Under the pieces are notes generated by a model. It saw nothing but the letters and a program-made list of their open reading frames with translations. It was not told the origin of the DNA and did not search any database. 64,000 nucleotides of DNA from NCBI GenBank assembly GCA_036867785.1, contig CP145412.1:62001-126000 (forward strand). Reading direction: 5' to 3'. The stretch's first letter is position 1. Every line of letters begins with the position of its first letter. This document shows positions 1 through 12,800 of the stretch, piece by piece. A program made the translations under genes and the position numbers. The DNA comes from Plasmodiophora brassicae (lineage: Eukaryota).

Positions 1-3000
1 AGTGACTCGGGCAGAGAGACTTGATAGGGACACCGTCGTGCCCAGCTGAGCATCACATGATTCCATTTTGATTGCCAAGTTATCAAGCTGAGCTTGGAAC
101 AGTGCGATTCCTTTGCGCTCCTTGTTGAACGTCACAACGACACGGCGCAGCTGCGACGTTAACTGGAACTTCGATGATGCGCTGTCGTTGGATGCGTTTG
201 GCACGGGAACGGGGACTTCAGATCGATGGGAAGGCGAAGACACGGCCTCCGTTGAATCGGCTTCCAGGATTTGCATAACTGTCGACACTGTATCAGGGTT
301 CCACTGGATATAAAGGCTCGAAAACGAGATATCCAAGTGGGTTCCTTCGGCGCCGACATCGCGAACAATGCGAATCAAATCGTTCGAGTTGTCGCCATCG
401 CTGATGTCAGACCGCGCAAGGTCAGCGAAAGCATCGCCGGACGGCTGCAGTAGATCGCGAATGTGCAAACTTCGTAGCCGAGCAATCTGTTTGGTCTCAG
501 TTTTCGCGTGATGCATCTCGAAGGAAAATTCGGACGCAAGAATATTGACGATTGGGAGGGATGTGGACATTTGCCGAAACATGACGTCAACCCCAGCCAC
601 GTTGACAGTACAGTCAAACGCGTAGTCGTCGTCACCGGCTACAGAAGCAATTGCATCAGACTGACCGCCCTGGGCAACTGGCAACGAATAGTAGAAATCC
701 ATCCAAGATGACAATAACGAAACAGATCGACGAACAAACGACTTGTACAGGACGAGGCGCAACACGTGTCCTGACGAAACACATAGTTCCTGGCGTCCAG
801 GAAGCATGGGCATCACGAGTTGAAGAGACAGTGGCCATGGCTCAATCACTTCGTTCCAGGCGCCGCCTACATAGTGCTGAATGATGACAGTGCTGCTAGC
901 CGAAATGCGGTTCGTATTGCTCTGCTGATCGGCTACTTTCCTAAATGCGAGGTTGGACAGGCGGGCATCAAGCAGATGTTTCTTTGAATGTTCATCCAAG
1001 AACAGAAGAATAATGTCATCAATGTTGACGGCAAGGTCACCCTTTGTCGTAGGGGTCCCAACGGCAGGGTCAGGGCCGGCAGAAACGGGAATAACGTTAG
1101 GCTTATAATTCTCCAGAAAGCAAAACAGAATGTTGGAGAATAGCCTCGCGATTTCAACGGAGATGTGCAACCGAACAGGCTGCAGGCGCACTGTCGTCGT
1201 CCCGTCAGCGCTAAACACGACATTGACGTTGAACGGAGACATGACAGAGTTGTCTCCGTCTTTAGAGACGATAGGGCGGTCCGCAGTGCACGAAAACATT
1301 TGCAATCCCAGCACATCAATCGACGTAGACACATACGACGGGCCTTCATAGAGTACCTCAAGGACGAAATCGCAAGAAGTCGCAATGGCGCGCGAATCGC
1401 TTGCTTTGAGATCTTCCAGGAACACCATACGACTTTGTTCGATGCGGATGACGGTGGAGGAACTCGATGTGGTCGACGGGTCCTCTTGAAGCACTGCATG
1501 GTCGGCAGTAACAGAAGGGGCAATTCCGTCCAAGGAGAAGAATGATCCCAGATCGTACAAAAACGAAGAAACGGCATAGCCACAAGGGCTATGAAGCACA
1601 ACAGATAGAGTCGTCGGTTCAGATGCACTCCTCGGCTGGACCCACTCAACGGCGACATGTGAAACTGCAGTCTTAGCTTCGTCGATTTGCACGCTGTCAT
1701 CTGTCTTGGCAGCGCTGAAATCCCCGATGAGAGTCCGAAAAGGGGAATCGCATGACGCCACGCGTTCATCCTCCATTGTGACGGTGCTCAGCGAAACGCC
1801 AAACTCCATGTGCCGCGGAGGAACCGAGAGAAATCGGATGCAGATGTCTCGGGCAGAAAGAAGCGCTAGTCGGCTCCCTGAATCGGAAACCCAGTCCACA
1901 GAGCACCCAGCTAGCAGCAGGAATCGAACTTCCGGGACGTCAAACTTGACGTTGAGTCGAGATCCGAGAACGTTTACGTCATCGTAAGAAAAGGCGACGA
2001 TGCTCTTCGCATTGGAAATAACCGCAGCAGGAGCAGCAATATTGCTATAGAAGATTTGCATTGCAAGTAGGTAGGTTTCCTTTGCGAGGGTGACTTCAAG
2101 GTTGCTTAGTTGGCCCCGTACGAAAATGTCGTAGTCCACAGGTTTGCAAGGCATGTCAACGGTGACATGAAGATCGGCGTGACTGATGACATGTCGGCTG
2201 TCACCTTTGCAAACGCTCATGTTAGTGGCATTAACGAAGATGGATAGATCACCAGCACATGTCCCGGGAGAGGAGCGAACAGCAATTTGTCCCAAGTCTA
2301 TCTCGAGACGCTTTGCGGAAGCTGACGCATGCGTGGGAACCATGACCAAAGGACGGGAAATGTCGAGCTCAAGAAGCAAGTATTTCGATGCGGGGGTTTC
2401 ATCACGCGAGGTTGGACGCAGAGCATCGGTCGCGTTCGCCACAGTCTGGGCTAGAAACGTACCAAGAATCCCTTGGAACAGATAGTCAACAAGTTCCATT
2501 GTGGGTTGATGCAGATAAACTGCCCGAACCGACGCAACTGACAATGCGAACCTGGTGCTATGCTCCCGTGCCGGAATGACATCGGGACCGAATATATCGG
2601 CCTCAAAATGCAGTAACTGATGGTCGCGGTCTTGCTCAACAGCATCCCGCAAGCCCAACAGAGTCAGGTCACCGTTCTCCGGGAGTGGCATCGCGAGATC
2701 AAAAGACCCCAGATCGCCAACAACAGATGTCCATTCTCTTCGAAACACGACCTCGGCAACCAAGTCCGACACGAGAGCAACGGCGACAACGCGATCACGA
2801 GTCTCCTTATTCAGCGACAGTCGCACACGACGAAGCGTAACTTCAATAACGAGGGAGCGCGAGTCAAATGGAGCGACGACAAGGTCGGCGACCTTTGGTG
2901 ACGTTGCAGAAGTATCAGGAACAAGAGAAAGAGGCACGTCCGAAACGTCATCGTACTGTCCAACGACATCCGTTTCTGGCAGGCGAGCAACTGCAGCAAT

Positions 3001-6000
3001 TGTTGCAATGGTGTCAGCATTCCAGTTGACCGACAAGTCGTTCAGGCTGACATGGACATGCTGCGTCACGCCTTGAAACAGTGGCGATGTTCGAGGGAAC
3101 CTGTCAATCTGTATGTTGATCAGGTCCACCTGGTTGCCACCTGACGACGACGACGCCAGCTCCGAGAAACGCGGCGATGTAGATGAAAGCAAGTCGGTTA
3201 TACAAAGTGACGTCAAGTGAGCCTCAGAATGAGAGCAAACGTGGGCATGATAGAACGACACGGAAAGCCCGACGGCATCAAGTTGGGCAACGCGCTGAAC
3301 CGTGTTGCTGAGTTCAATCGTGATATGTTCGATGGAGAAAGCGCAATCAACGAGATGTCTTGAATCGTGCGACTCGGCAGCTGCCGCTTCGGCAGCTGCA
3401 GCGTCAGCAGTGAGCTGATAGAGCGACACGTTCACTGATCCAGTATCGACGGGAGCAGTTGTAGCTGCTACGTCCTGCTGCTTAGCAGTTATTGAAGACA
3501 AGAGGCGAGACAACACGAGCAGATTCGGACCTGCTACGTGCAGAACCAATTTTGGAATAGAGCCGTTAACGACAAGTTTCGTCAGAGTCGTCGATTGACG
3601 GTCAATGCAGGTGAATAGCCCAAGCAGGCAACTAGTCCTGTCGAACAGCCGATAAACAGGAGGAGGATGGCCGTCGGCAGCTCCAGAGCTCTGGGCGCTT
3701 TCGCATAAAGACAGCGAAGCACCATGCACATCAAGCATAAAGGCATCATAGGCTGATCGAGGTTCGGGAGGCTTGCCGAAAAGACACTCGTCGGCAATAT
3801 TGGCCAGACCTCGAAGACTGATCACATTACATGACACCAAATCGGCGATTAACATAGAAGGCGATTCCTGGCGAACGTCAGCGGGAATGAAAAGAATCGG
3901 ATGCTCCACGCTGATGTTCAGGTCGATGCGCCGATGGTTCGTCAGAGCCGTCAGCAATTCCGACTGCCGCTGTTCAGACCACGACAGGGCAGCGCCTCGC
4001 AGATGGGACAAAGCGTCATGGGGACGGAAGAACTTGAAAACGTTCTGCACCCAGAAGTGGTTATAAACTAGTTGCACGGGACGAAGGCGAAGTTTGAAAA
4101 TAATGTCGGCATCGGAGTCAACAGGGTCACTTTCAACGCTGAGTCGAAGGAACGGAAGTTCGGATCCAGTGCCAGATGCCCCGTCAGTTGGTTTGTGAGT
4201 CAGCAGCTTGGGGAAGCATGTCTCAAGCGTGTCTTCATCGTAAAGGGTGGCCGATTCCACAGCCAGCGTCAATCGAGTGCCTTGGAACAATTCAATCTTG
4301 GCCGTCCCGTCGAACTCGAATCTGGTCATTGGCGAACCTCGGCGAATCAGGACAACAGCGGCACGAACAACCTCAATGTCGAAGACGGTGTAGACATAGT
4401 CGGGACGCAACGTGAACTCCAGCGCGACTTCGTTAAAATCGATGGTCTTGTAGAGCTCTCGCCTTTGTGCCTCGGTCAACCGAATTTCGTCAGCCGATGC
4501 CGTCGCCTCCGGTGCCGACGACGACGACGCGCCACCGAAGACAGCACCCCACCAACCACCACCGGCGGCAGCCTGATTCGCGGTTGCCAGTTCCTCAGTC
4601 ATCTTCTTGCTGCGCTTCGCCTCTTCCGATAGATCCGTTTCAGCGAAGGACCTGAAGAACAGGATGTCGTCCAAATCTAGCGCTTCTTCCAGCTCAGCAA
4701 GACGAGCCACTCCTTCGTCGTCCAGGGGCGGATGCCACGGAACGTTCCGCTTCCGTTTGAACAGCTCGACATACTCGCGTCGTCTTTGACAGTGCCGGCT
4801 GATGGAAGCCCAGGAAAACCACCGCCGATGTCGGGTGCCGTTCAAATGAATGATGCATCGTCCGGCATACTGCCACCACGCGAGAGCCCCGCCAGGTGCA
4901 AACACATCCTTGTCAGGATGCAAATCGCGTAGCCCAGCGAACCGAGTCTCGATTTCCGTCCGCGCCTGGATCGCCGTGAAGTTATCCATCAAGCATGTCA
5001 GGTCGCTGTACTGCTCGTCGTGCAAGGTCAGCGTTATCGAACGAACTTGCAGTTCTGCCAAGCACGACGTCATCAGGTACACCCGCATGACACGTTATCG
5101 ATGACCTACCGAAACGGTAATGCGGAGCAGTCTGCTCAAAGTAGCGGCTGTTAAGCGTCAGGTGCAGCGTTGCGGATAACGGTTCGAGAATGAACACATG
5201 GCGAATGTCAGATGGGCGCGTCTGCCCATCAGCGAGCGCGATATGACTGGTCGACGACGACATTGACTGCCGCGCGAGTGCTTTCCGATCCAGCCCGTCA
5301 ATGGACGCCTGCATGAACGCAAAGACAGCGTCATCGGAGCTGTCGTGCCACAGTACGACGTCATTTGAATCCCAGTAGACGGCGGCGTTCCTCATCGACA
5401 GCAACTTGTACGTGTTCACCGCAGTCGCCAACGTCGACACGAAACATTCCTCGAAATTCGCATCCGTCGTCAATGCCGTGAATTCCTGGACAATGACGCC
5501 GGCAGCGAACTTCCTGCCCGGGAGCGTCTCGGCGTCCTCGTAACGGACATGCACGTCGCGAACGACGATCTGCAGGTTGGCGATAATTTTCGACAGTAAC
5601 GATTGGCCAAAGCTCTCCTGACGCCTCGCTTCCTCCGCGTTGTTCTCCTCCCAGTGACGAAGCGCACGGAGCTGCTCGGCGGCCAGCAATTGCTGTTGTT
5701 TGCGTTCGGATACGAGACGCAGGGCGGCGTCACGATCGAACTGAGCGCCGTGAGCGGGCCGAGCGAGTACATGCAACCCTTCCAGCGTGATCTTCACTGG
5801 GGAGCTGCCCAGCGATGCCCATGGCACTTTGACGTGCAGGCGACGCAGGCGCCCAAGGCGGACATTGATCGGAAGTTTCAATCGGGTCAGGCAGGACGGG
5901 CGCAGGGCGACGTTGTCGAGGACGATCTCGCCGGACCACACGCCGACCTGGATGGAATCTTTGGGCAGGTCGACGTACTCGCCGAGGCGATCCAGGATCA

Positions 6001-6025
6001 GGCGCTCCAGGACGCCCTCGAGCAT
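1..6025 (-). CDS. VPS13: VPS13-family lipid transfer protein (multi-exon; 3' part runs off the window start)
   Basis: N-terminal chorein motif MLEGVLERLILDRLGEYV..IQVGVWSGEIVLDNVALR..VKVPWASL..IIANLQIVVRDVHVRYED. Downstream minus-strand exons give VPS13-like segments (LTEAQRRELYKTIDF, VYLHQPTMELVDYL, EPW). First intron donor is near 5109. Confidence 0.92.
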
Positions 6026-6382
6026 CGCGACGTTGACTACCGCTCAGCGGCCGACCACCCCACCGACTGACGTCATGAAAGGTCTGACCGTGCCGACCAC
6101 GCCGAGTCCCAAAAATAACAGCCGCAGCACTGCGGTCGACAGGAGGCGGAGGGGGAGGGAGGGGGCGACGACGACGGCCGTATTCAGTCCATCACAGAAA
6201 ATATTGATCACAAAGTACCGTCCTGCAATGCTCCTGGTGAAACGTTTCCAGGTTCGCGCCCCGTGGAATGTTCTGCGGCGCCGTGCCAAGGCTCAGTGTA
6301 ACGGGTAACGCGGGGCGTTGCAGCTGCACAGGGCGTCATTTGGTTAACTGTCGGGCGGGGACAGTTTGTGCGCGGCGAACGG

Positions 6383-8496
6383 ATGGCGACGACGACGGCG
6401 GCGGCGGCGGCGGCGGCGGCACGCGGGCCGGCGTCGTCGCTGTCGGACGTGGACACGATCATGGAGCCGGACGTGCTGTCCCGGCTGAAGGCGTTCATCA
6501 GCACGGGGCCGGGGAGCCAGTCGGAACGCGTCAAGGAGGCCATCCGCCTGCTGTCCACCTCGTATAAGGGCCGGGCGCAGATGTGCAACCTGCTGATCCG
6601 ATGGATAGTCGACATCATGGGCGAACCGGAAGAGGTCCCGCCCGGTGTCGTTGCGCCCCATGCGTGTGGCAATATCTCAGTAACGTCGTCGAAATAGGAT
6701 ATGCAGGGCCTCGTCATGGATCACCTCAAGGAAATGGCCGTTCAGCAATTCGACGTCACGAAAGCTGACTCGATTTTCAGTGCACCGACGAAGGTAGTAG
6801 TCCATCATTGTAGTTGCGCCGTCCTGGTTCTTATGTCTTCAATAGGGCGAGCCAGAATGGCTGACGTGCATGATTCGGGATCCGTCATGGAGGTCTGTGC
6901 TGTACCGGCTGTCACAGGACCACCCGAATTGCCTCCTGCTCAATTTCGCCATCAAAAAGATCGGCGAGGACGGCCATGGCAGTGAACTGGCGGTCAGCGC
7001 CAGGTCTGGCGATGTCAAGCTGTCCGTCTTCATGAACGTGCTCAGTGAGGCACTCACCCAAATCGTGTGCCTCACTGATCGAGAGTCGTTCCAGCGCTCG
7101 CTCTTCGAGCTGCAGCGCCTGTGCTGTCAGACACAATAGTACGTTCTCATGTGCACTCGGTACCTGACTCCGAGGTGACAATCGCACACAGCACGTATTT
7201 GCTGGCACAGTTCGTGCTGACAGCCTTGTCTCGGCATCCTCGAACGGGGTTTGTCTGGAGGCACCTGCACCAGTCCGTGTCCAGTTACGCGGTGCAGCAT
7301 CATGGGGAACGCATTCGGTCTCTCGACCTGCTTCTTACGCAAGCACCGAGATATCCTGGTATGCTCCGATCGTGTCGCCATCGACGCAAGGACTAACAAA
7401 GCGTTCGCCTCCAGAAATCTTCAAAGCGGTCAGCGCCGTACAGCGAGGAAGTCGTTTGACGACCACCGACATCAAGCATATTTATGAGTTGTTCTCCGGG
7501 AACAACCCGCCGCCGATATCCCTGCTATGCACGTCGTACATCATCCAGCCCATAATCGATGCCTTGTTCGATTATACGCGACCGCCATTGGGCCCCGTCC
7601 ACAAGCAGTACTACGTTTCACTGCTGGCATACGCGTCATGTGTCCGCGATAATCGTGCTTGGTTCGCGTCGCAGCCTACTCAGGCGCCCGTTGACGAAAC
7701 GCTCGGTACGAATGGTTTGCTGTGTATATATGCGAATCGTTGGTGTTGACGTGACGCGCAGTTGACAAGTCTCGTATGTCGTCCACGATTGCGGCGCTGA
7801 ACGAAGTGTCGTCCATTTGCCAGAGCAAAGAGTTTGGCTTTCACCTAGCGGAAAACGAACAGACTCTGCGTCAGCATCTGACGCTCCCTATCTGCTCGAC
7901 CGCCATCGTCCAATGGATTCGGCTGTCACTGCTGTCCCCCGCGTACTATTCAACAACGTACCAATCCGTGTGCACACCGGTCTTTTTCAGGCTACTCGGA
8001 TACATTTCGTCTCTGCACGCCCTCCAGCGACCGATGGTCTTCGATCTGCTGTGCTCCGCGTTCCATCTGAAAACGGACCTGGACGACCTCGCCGTCATCA
8101 AGTTCCGCAAGCTCATTCTACAAGTTCTTATCCACCTTGGTACGCGCGACGGTTTCAGCCCATCCTTCCAATGCGCACTTACGCTTCCTGCCAGTGCACT
8201 ATGGCATGCTCGTCGAGGTGACGCGTATGGTCGCCGACAACGTCCCACGAATGGACCACAGCCTCGTCCGGTTCTTCGTTGTGCAGATCCTACAGACGAC
8301 CGGGCCGCCCTATTCGGCGACGTTCGCGCATTGCATCTTTGACATCGTGTCCATGCCGGACGCCACGTTAGCCATCAAGAACGACCCGGAAAGCGTCGTC
8401 AACGTCGGCGGGTTTGCGCGGGACGTCTCCTCCATGGGCATCGCCGACCTCAAAGAGCACTGCGACAACTGGGTCGCGTTCGCATCGAACTCTTAG
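6383..8496 (+). CDS. NELFCD: Negative elongation factor C/D (TH1-like), multi-exon
   Basis: DTIMEPDV..LLSTSYKGRAQMCNLLIRW, FDVTKADSIF and WRSVLYRLSQDHPNCLLLNFAIKKI match conserved TH1/NELF-D blocks. Short GT-AG introns join the ORF pieces. Confidence 0.9.
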
Positions 8497-8672
8497 CCGT
8501 CGGCTGCCTACGTCCGGCACGTACATACACACACTGGGCACCGCCTCGTCGTTCTAACGGGCCATGCTGGTTCAAGCCTGTTCAGCCGCGTGACGTTGTG
8601 ACGGGCTGAACTTCGGGACTGAAGGTAGGGAGCTCGGTGTAGCGACCCGCACCAGGTGGACCCACACGGACG

Positions 8673-9236
8673 ATGAGCAGCGCGACGCCGCCGCCTTCAG
8701 GTCCACTGATTCTGCTGTCGGGTCCACCAGGCGCCGGTAAGACCACGATCACGCCGATGCTCGCCGCGTCGTCGCGGTCCGCGTCGGTGATCACGATCGA
8801 GGGCGACCGGTTCTGGGCGTTCGCCGTCAGGGACCCGCGGCCGTTCAAGCCCCAGTTCCGTACGCTCACCTCATCAATCGCCGGCGCCGCTGTACCCTTC
8901 GCGAAAGACGGCTGCGAAGTCATTGTGGATTTCGTCGTCCCGCCATGGTGCCTGAAGGCGTTCACGGCGCGCGCCTGGACACACGACGTCGACGTGCACT
9001 ACGTTGTGGTGTGGCCACCCGTGGACACATGTGCACGAAGGGCGCAGGAGCGATCAGTGAACCCGGTCGCCTACGACGAACGCGTTCGAACGTTCTACGA
9101 TAGGTTCGGCGGTGAGTGCCCATCCAGGCACCGGATGGCCATCGCCGATGTCCACCGTTCCGCTGCATCGATTGCTGCCGAGATACGATCGGGAATCGAT
9201 TCCGGTGCGTTCCTGCTGCCCCGTGACACTTCCTGA
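8673..9236 (+). CDS. Small P-loop kinase/AAA_33-like protein, intronless
   Basis: Walker A GPPGAGKTT; IEGDRFW; VIVDFVVPPW; lid-like CARRAQER; 187 aa. Confidence 0.75.
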   Translation: MSSATPPPSGPLILLSGPPGAGKTTITPMLAASSRSASVITIEGDRFWAFAVRDPRPFKPQFRTLTSSIAGAAVPFAKDGCEVIVDFVVPPWCLKAFTARAWTHDVDVHYVVVWPPVDTCARRAQERSVNPVAYDERVRTFYDRFGGECPSRHRMAIADVHRSAASIAAEIRSGIDSGAFLLPRDTS

Positions 9237-9802
9237 CGGGATCGACGACAGCGGGTCGACGGGCCCGAATATCCGCCGGGCGCTGCAGGGTCAGGAGTAC
9301 AACGACGCAGTCGGAACAGACCAGTGTCTTTCAGGCAGACGATCCGGAATCGCGACGCAGCGCCGCATCGATCGTCATGAACAAACCCAGAGCGTGCTCG
9401 GGTGCGGGTACAGGGCGGTGCGAAGCGTCGCGCAGGTAGCCCGCTGTGCCGTCCAGGGCCTCGCTGCGAGCACGGGGTCCCATTCGTCGCCGTCCATCAC
9501 AGGCTGGGTCCCCTGGTAGAGGTTGACGTCCGCCAGCAGACCGGCAGGCTGGTGACGCCGCTGGGCGTTGTCGTATAGTTCAATGTGGACCCGGTCGACA
9601 ACGACGATTCCAGCGCTGGCGCACCAGGTTCCTATAAAGCTCCTCGATGCAATCAGCGCCCGTGACGCACTCCACACATTCGCCCAAAACGTCCGCGGAA
9701 GGGGTGGGAACGTCCTGTCAGCTGTTCACGAGTCGCAACGTGTCGAGACGGAGGGGGCTATGGCACCGTGTATATACGATGGTACACACACATACAACAT
9801 TG

Positions 9803-12800
9803 TTATACGTCACCGATCTCGGCGATCTCCGCGTCGGACAGCTTCAGGTCGCGGTCCAGCGTCTGGCAGTTGCGGGCGGCGTACAGCAGGCGCTCGCGCA
9901 GGACGGCCGCCGACGAGTACCGGGGCAGGGCGATGCTGAAGAAGCAGGTGTGCGTCTGCGGCAGCTGCCCGTCGGCGGCGTGCTGCAGGCCCTCGCCGCC
10001 CGGCATCGGCTGGATCTTGAACTTGGTCGTGAACTGGTCGGCGCGCACCGGCAGGCGCGTGCGCGCCCAGGCGAACCGCGCGAACTCGCCCTTCTCGTCG
10101 GGCGTCATCTCGGACAGCACCTGCCAGAAGTAGACGACGTGGGCGTCGTCCGGCGACACGCCGCCCTCGTAGACGGTCACCGACCGCAGCAGGTCGACGC
10201 TGAAGTCGGCGCGCCCGCAGACGATCGCCTCGACCTCGTCCACGGTCAGCAGCTCGAACGTGGCCAGCGGGACGATGGCGGCGAACCCGTCGCGGATCGC
10301 CCCGATCTGCGCGTCCGCCTCGTGCAGGCGGCACTGCTCGGCGAGGCGCGCCCAGTCGCCCCGGTTCTCCTTCGTGACGCGCACCTGCCGGCCGAACGGG
10401 ACCAGGTCGACGGTCGTGCGCCCGTCGCCCAGCGTGCACTCGAACGTCAGGTCGTCGTCGTCGTCCAGGGCGTCGTCGTTCAGGAGGGCGTCGTCGAGCC
10501 GGTCGGCGAACTGGGCGTCGACCTCGCGCAGGTGGGCCCGCGTCGGCTCGAGGCCGACGAGCGCCGCCCAGACCAGGGCGGGCAGGCGCAGGTCCAGGTG
10601 GATCTTGTTGCGCACGGCGATGCCGACCAGGTGGCCCATCAGGCGGAACAGGTCGGGGCGGGCGCAGGCCGGCGCCGGCACGTACCGGTCGCGGCCCGCC
10701 CCGCCCTGCGCGTCGCGCGCGTTCGCCGTCGCCACCAGCAGCGGGAGCAGCGCCGGCGACTGGAGCTCGGCGACGAACTCGTTGAAGCACTCGCGGTACG
10801 GGCCGCCGTTGTCGGTGACGCCCTCGCCGACGAACTTCACCTTGAACGTGCGCTCCTGGCCGTCGTCCAGCATGCGGACGAACCCGCGGCGCAGGTCGCG
10901 AACGGGCATGACGCCCAGCTGCGTCGCCGCCTGCCCGAACAGGCTCGACGCCAGGCGCTCCGCCTCGCTGGGCGACGAGGCGCGCGCCGCCGCCAGGTGC
11001 CGGTTCAGCGTGATCTGGCGCAGGTCGGGCGGGTCCTCGTACGGGTCCTCGCTCGGCTTCGTGTACGTCGCCGTCTGGTGCAGGACGTCCGCCAGCGCCT
11101 GCGCCTTCAGGCGCGTCACGACGACCGGGCGCAGGCGCCGCACCAGGGCGCCCAGCGACATGGACAGGCGCGGGCCGGACGGCGCCGCCCCCTGCACCGC
11201 CAGGTACGGCAGCACCTGCGACACGAGCAGGTTGAACGTGCGCACCAGGGCGAACCGGGCGCAGGCGCCCACGTCGTCGTCGTCGACGCCGGCCGCCGCC
11301 GCCACCTCGTCGTACAGCAGCGACAGCGGGTCGACGCCGAGGCGGTCGGCGGCGTCGTTGCAGGCGCGGACCAGGCGCGCGTCGTCGTCGTCGAGCGCGC
11401 GCCGCCCCCCGTGCTCGACGAACTCGCGCAGCGTCCACCGGGCGGCGGCGGCCCGCGCATCACCATCACCGTCGTCGTCGTCGACGATCGGCGCCGACCG
11501 GACGAGGCTGTCGACGGGCACCAGGTCCGGGTCGGCGTCGCCGTCGCCGCTGACAACGGCGACCGGGCGCCCGTCGTCGTCGCCGGTCGCCACCCCGACC
11601 AGGACGCCGGCGACGGCGCCGTCCTGCAGGCGGCGCACGCGGCGTCGCAGGACGAGGCCGACCCGGCGGCAGGCGGCGCGCGACACGTCGGCGCGGACGA
11701 CGCCGCCGCCGCCGCCCGTCGCCAGCAGGCGGTGGTCGGACGGCACCCAGGACCGCCAGAACGCGTACGCCAGGTCGAAGAAGTGGCTGGCGCAGGCGGG
11801 GCTGGACGACGACGAGGGCGACAGCAGGCGCCGGGCGAACCGGGTCGCTGTGGCGATGCGCCGGGCGACGCGGGCGGCCTGTGTCGTCATTGTCGTCGTC
11901 GTCGCCAATGACGACGCATGCGGCGTCTGGCGGACGCGCCGGGCCGTGCCGAACGAGACGGCGTCGTGGCGGTGGTAGAAGGAGACGGCGGGGAACAGCT
12001 TGGCGGCGGGGGCGACGGGCAGGTCGTCGAAGGCGACGCCGAGGTCGTTGCCGTTCAGCGCGTACGACAGCGTGCGGTGGTCCAGGTCGAGGACGACGCC
12101 GACGACGTCGCCCTGCGCCATCTGGTCGCCGTACTTGGCCCCGCCCTTGACCTTGTTGCGCCCGTGGTACCGGGAGCGGTCGCTGACGAACAGGCCGAAG
12201 CCGTGCGCGTCCCCGCCCACGTACGTGTCCGGGTTGGCCGACGCCGTCCCCACGCCGATGAAGATGTACCCCTTGGACATGCGGTCCAGGCAGATGTCCC
12301 AGCGGTGCACGCCGGACGCGTACCCGCGGTTGGCCAGCAGCGTGCGCCACTTGTCGCTGCCGGCGTCGAACGTGGCCGTCAGCGCGCAGTGGGACAGGCG
12401 GACGCGGGCGCGGCCGGACGCGCGCGCGTTATGCGCATCCCAGCGCAGCGCCGGGTACGTCAGCAGCGTGACCGGGTCGGACGCGCGCCCGTGCGTCAGG
12501 TCGCGCACCCGAAACTCGTACGCCGTCAGCTCGTCCAGCGCCTGGGCGCGGAAGGCGCGCGCCCCCCCTCGGTACACCTCGTGGAACGCGGGCGGCACGT
12601 CCGTCGCATCCGACGTCGTCGTCGCCGCCGGGCGCATGTCCAGGGCGAACTCGGCGGAGGCGGGCCCGTCCCAGAACAGCTCGATGGCGTCCGTCGTGAT
12701 CTCCTCGGGCGTCGGCGCCGGCTGCCCGCCACCGCCGCCGCAGGAGGACGACGACGGGTCTGCAAGGCGGCGTTCGGCGTCGTCGACGGCGCCGAGCAGG

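Noticed and set aside
9280-9720. Possible small minus-strand gene
   Set aside because: No recognisable domain or consistent exon structure.
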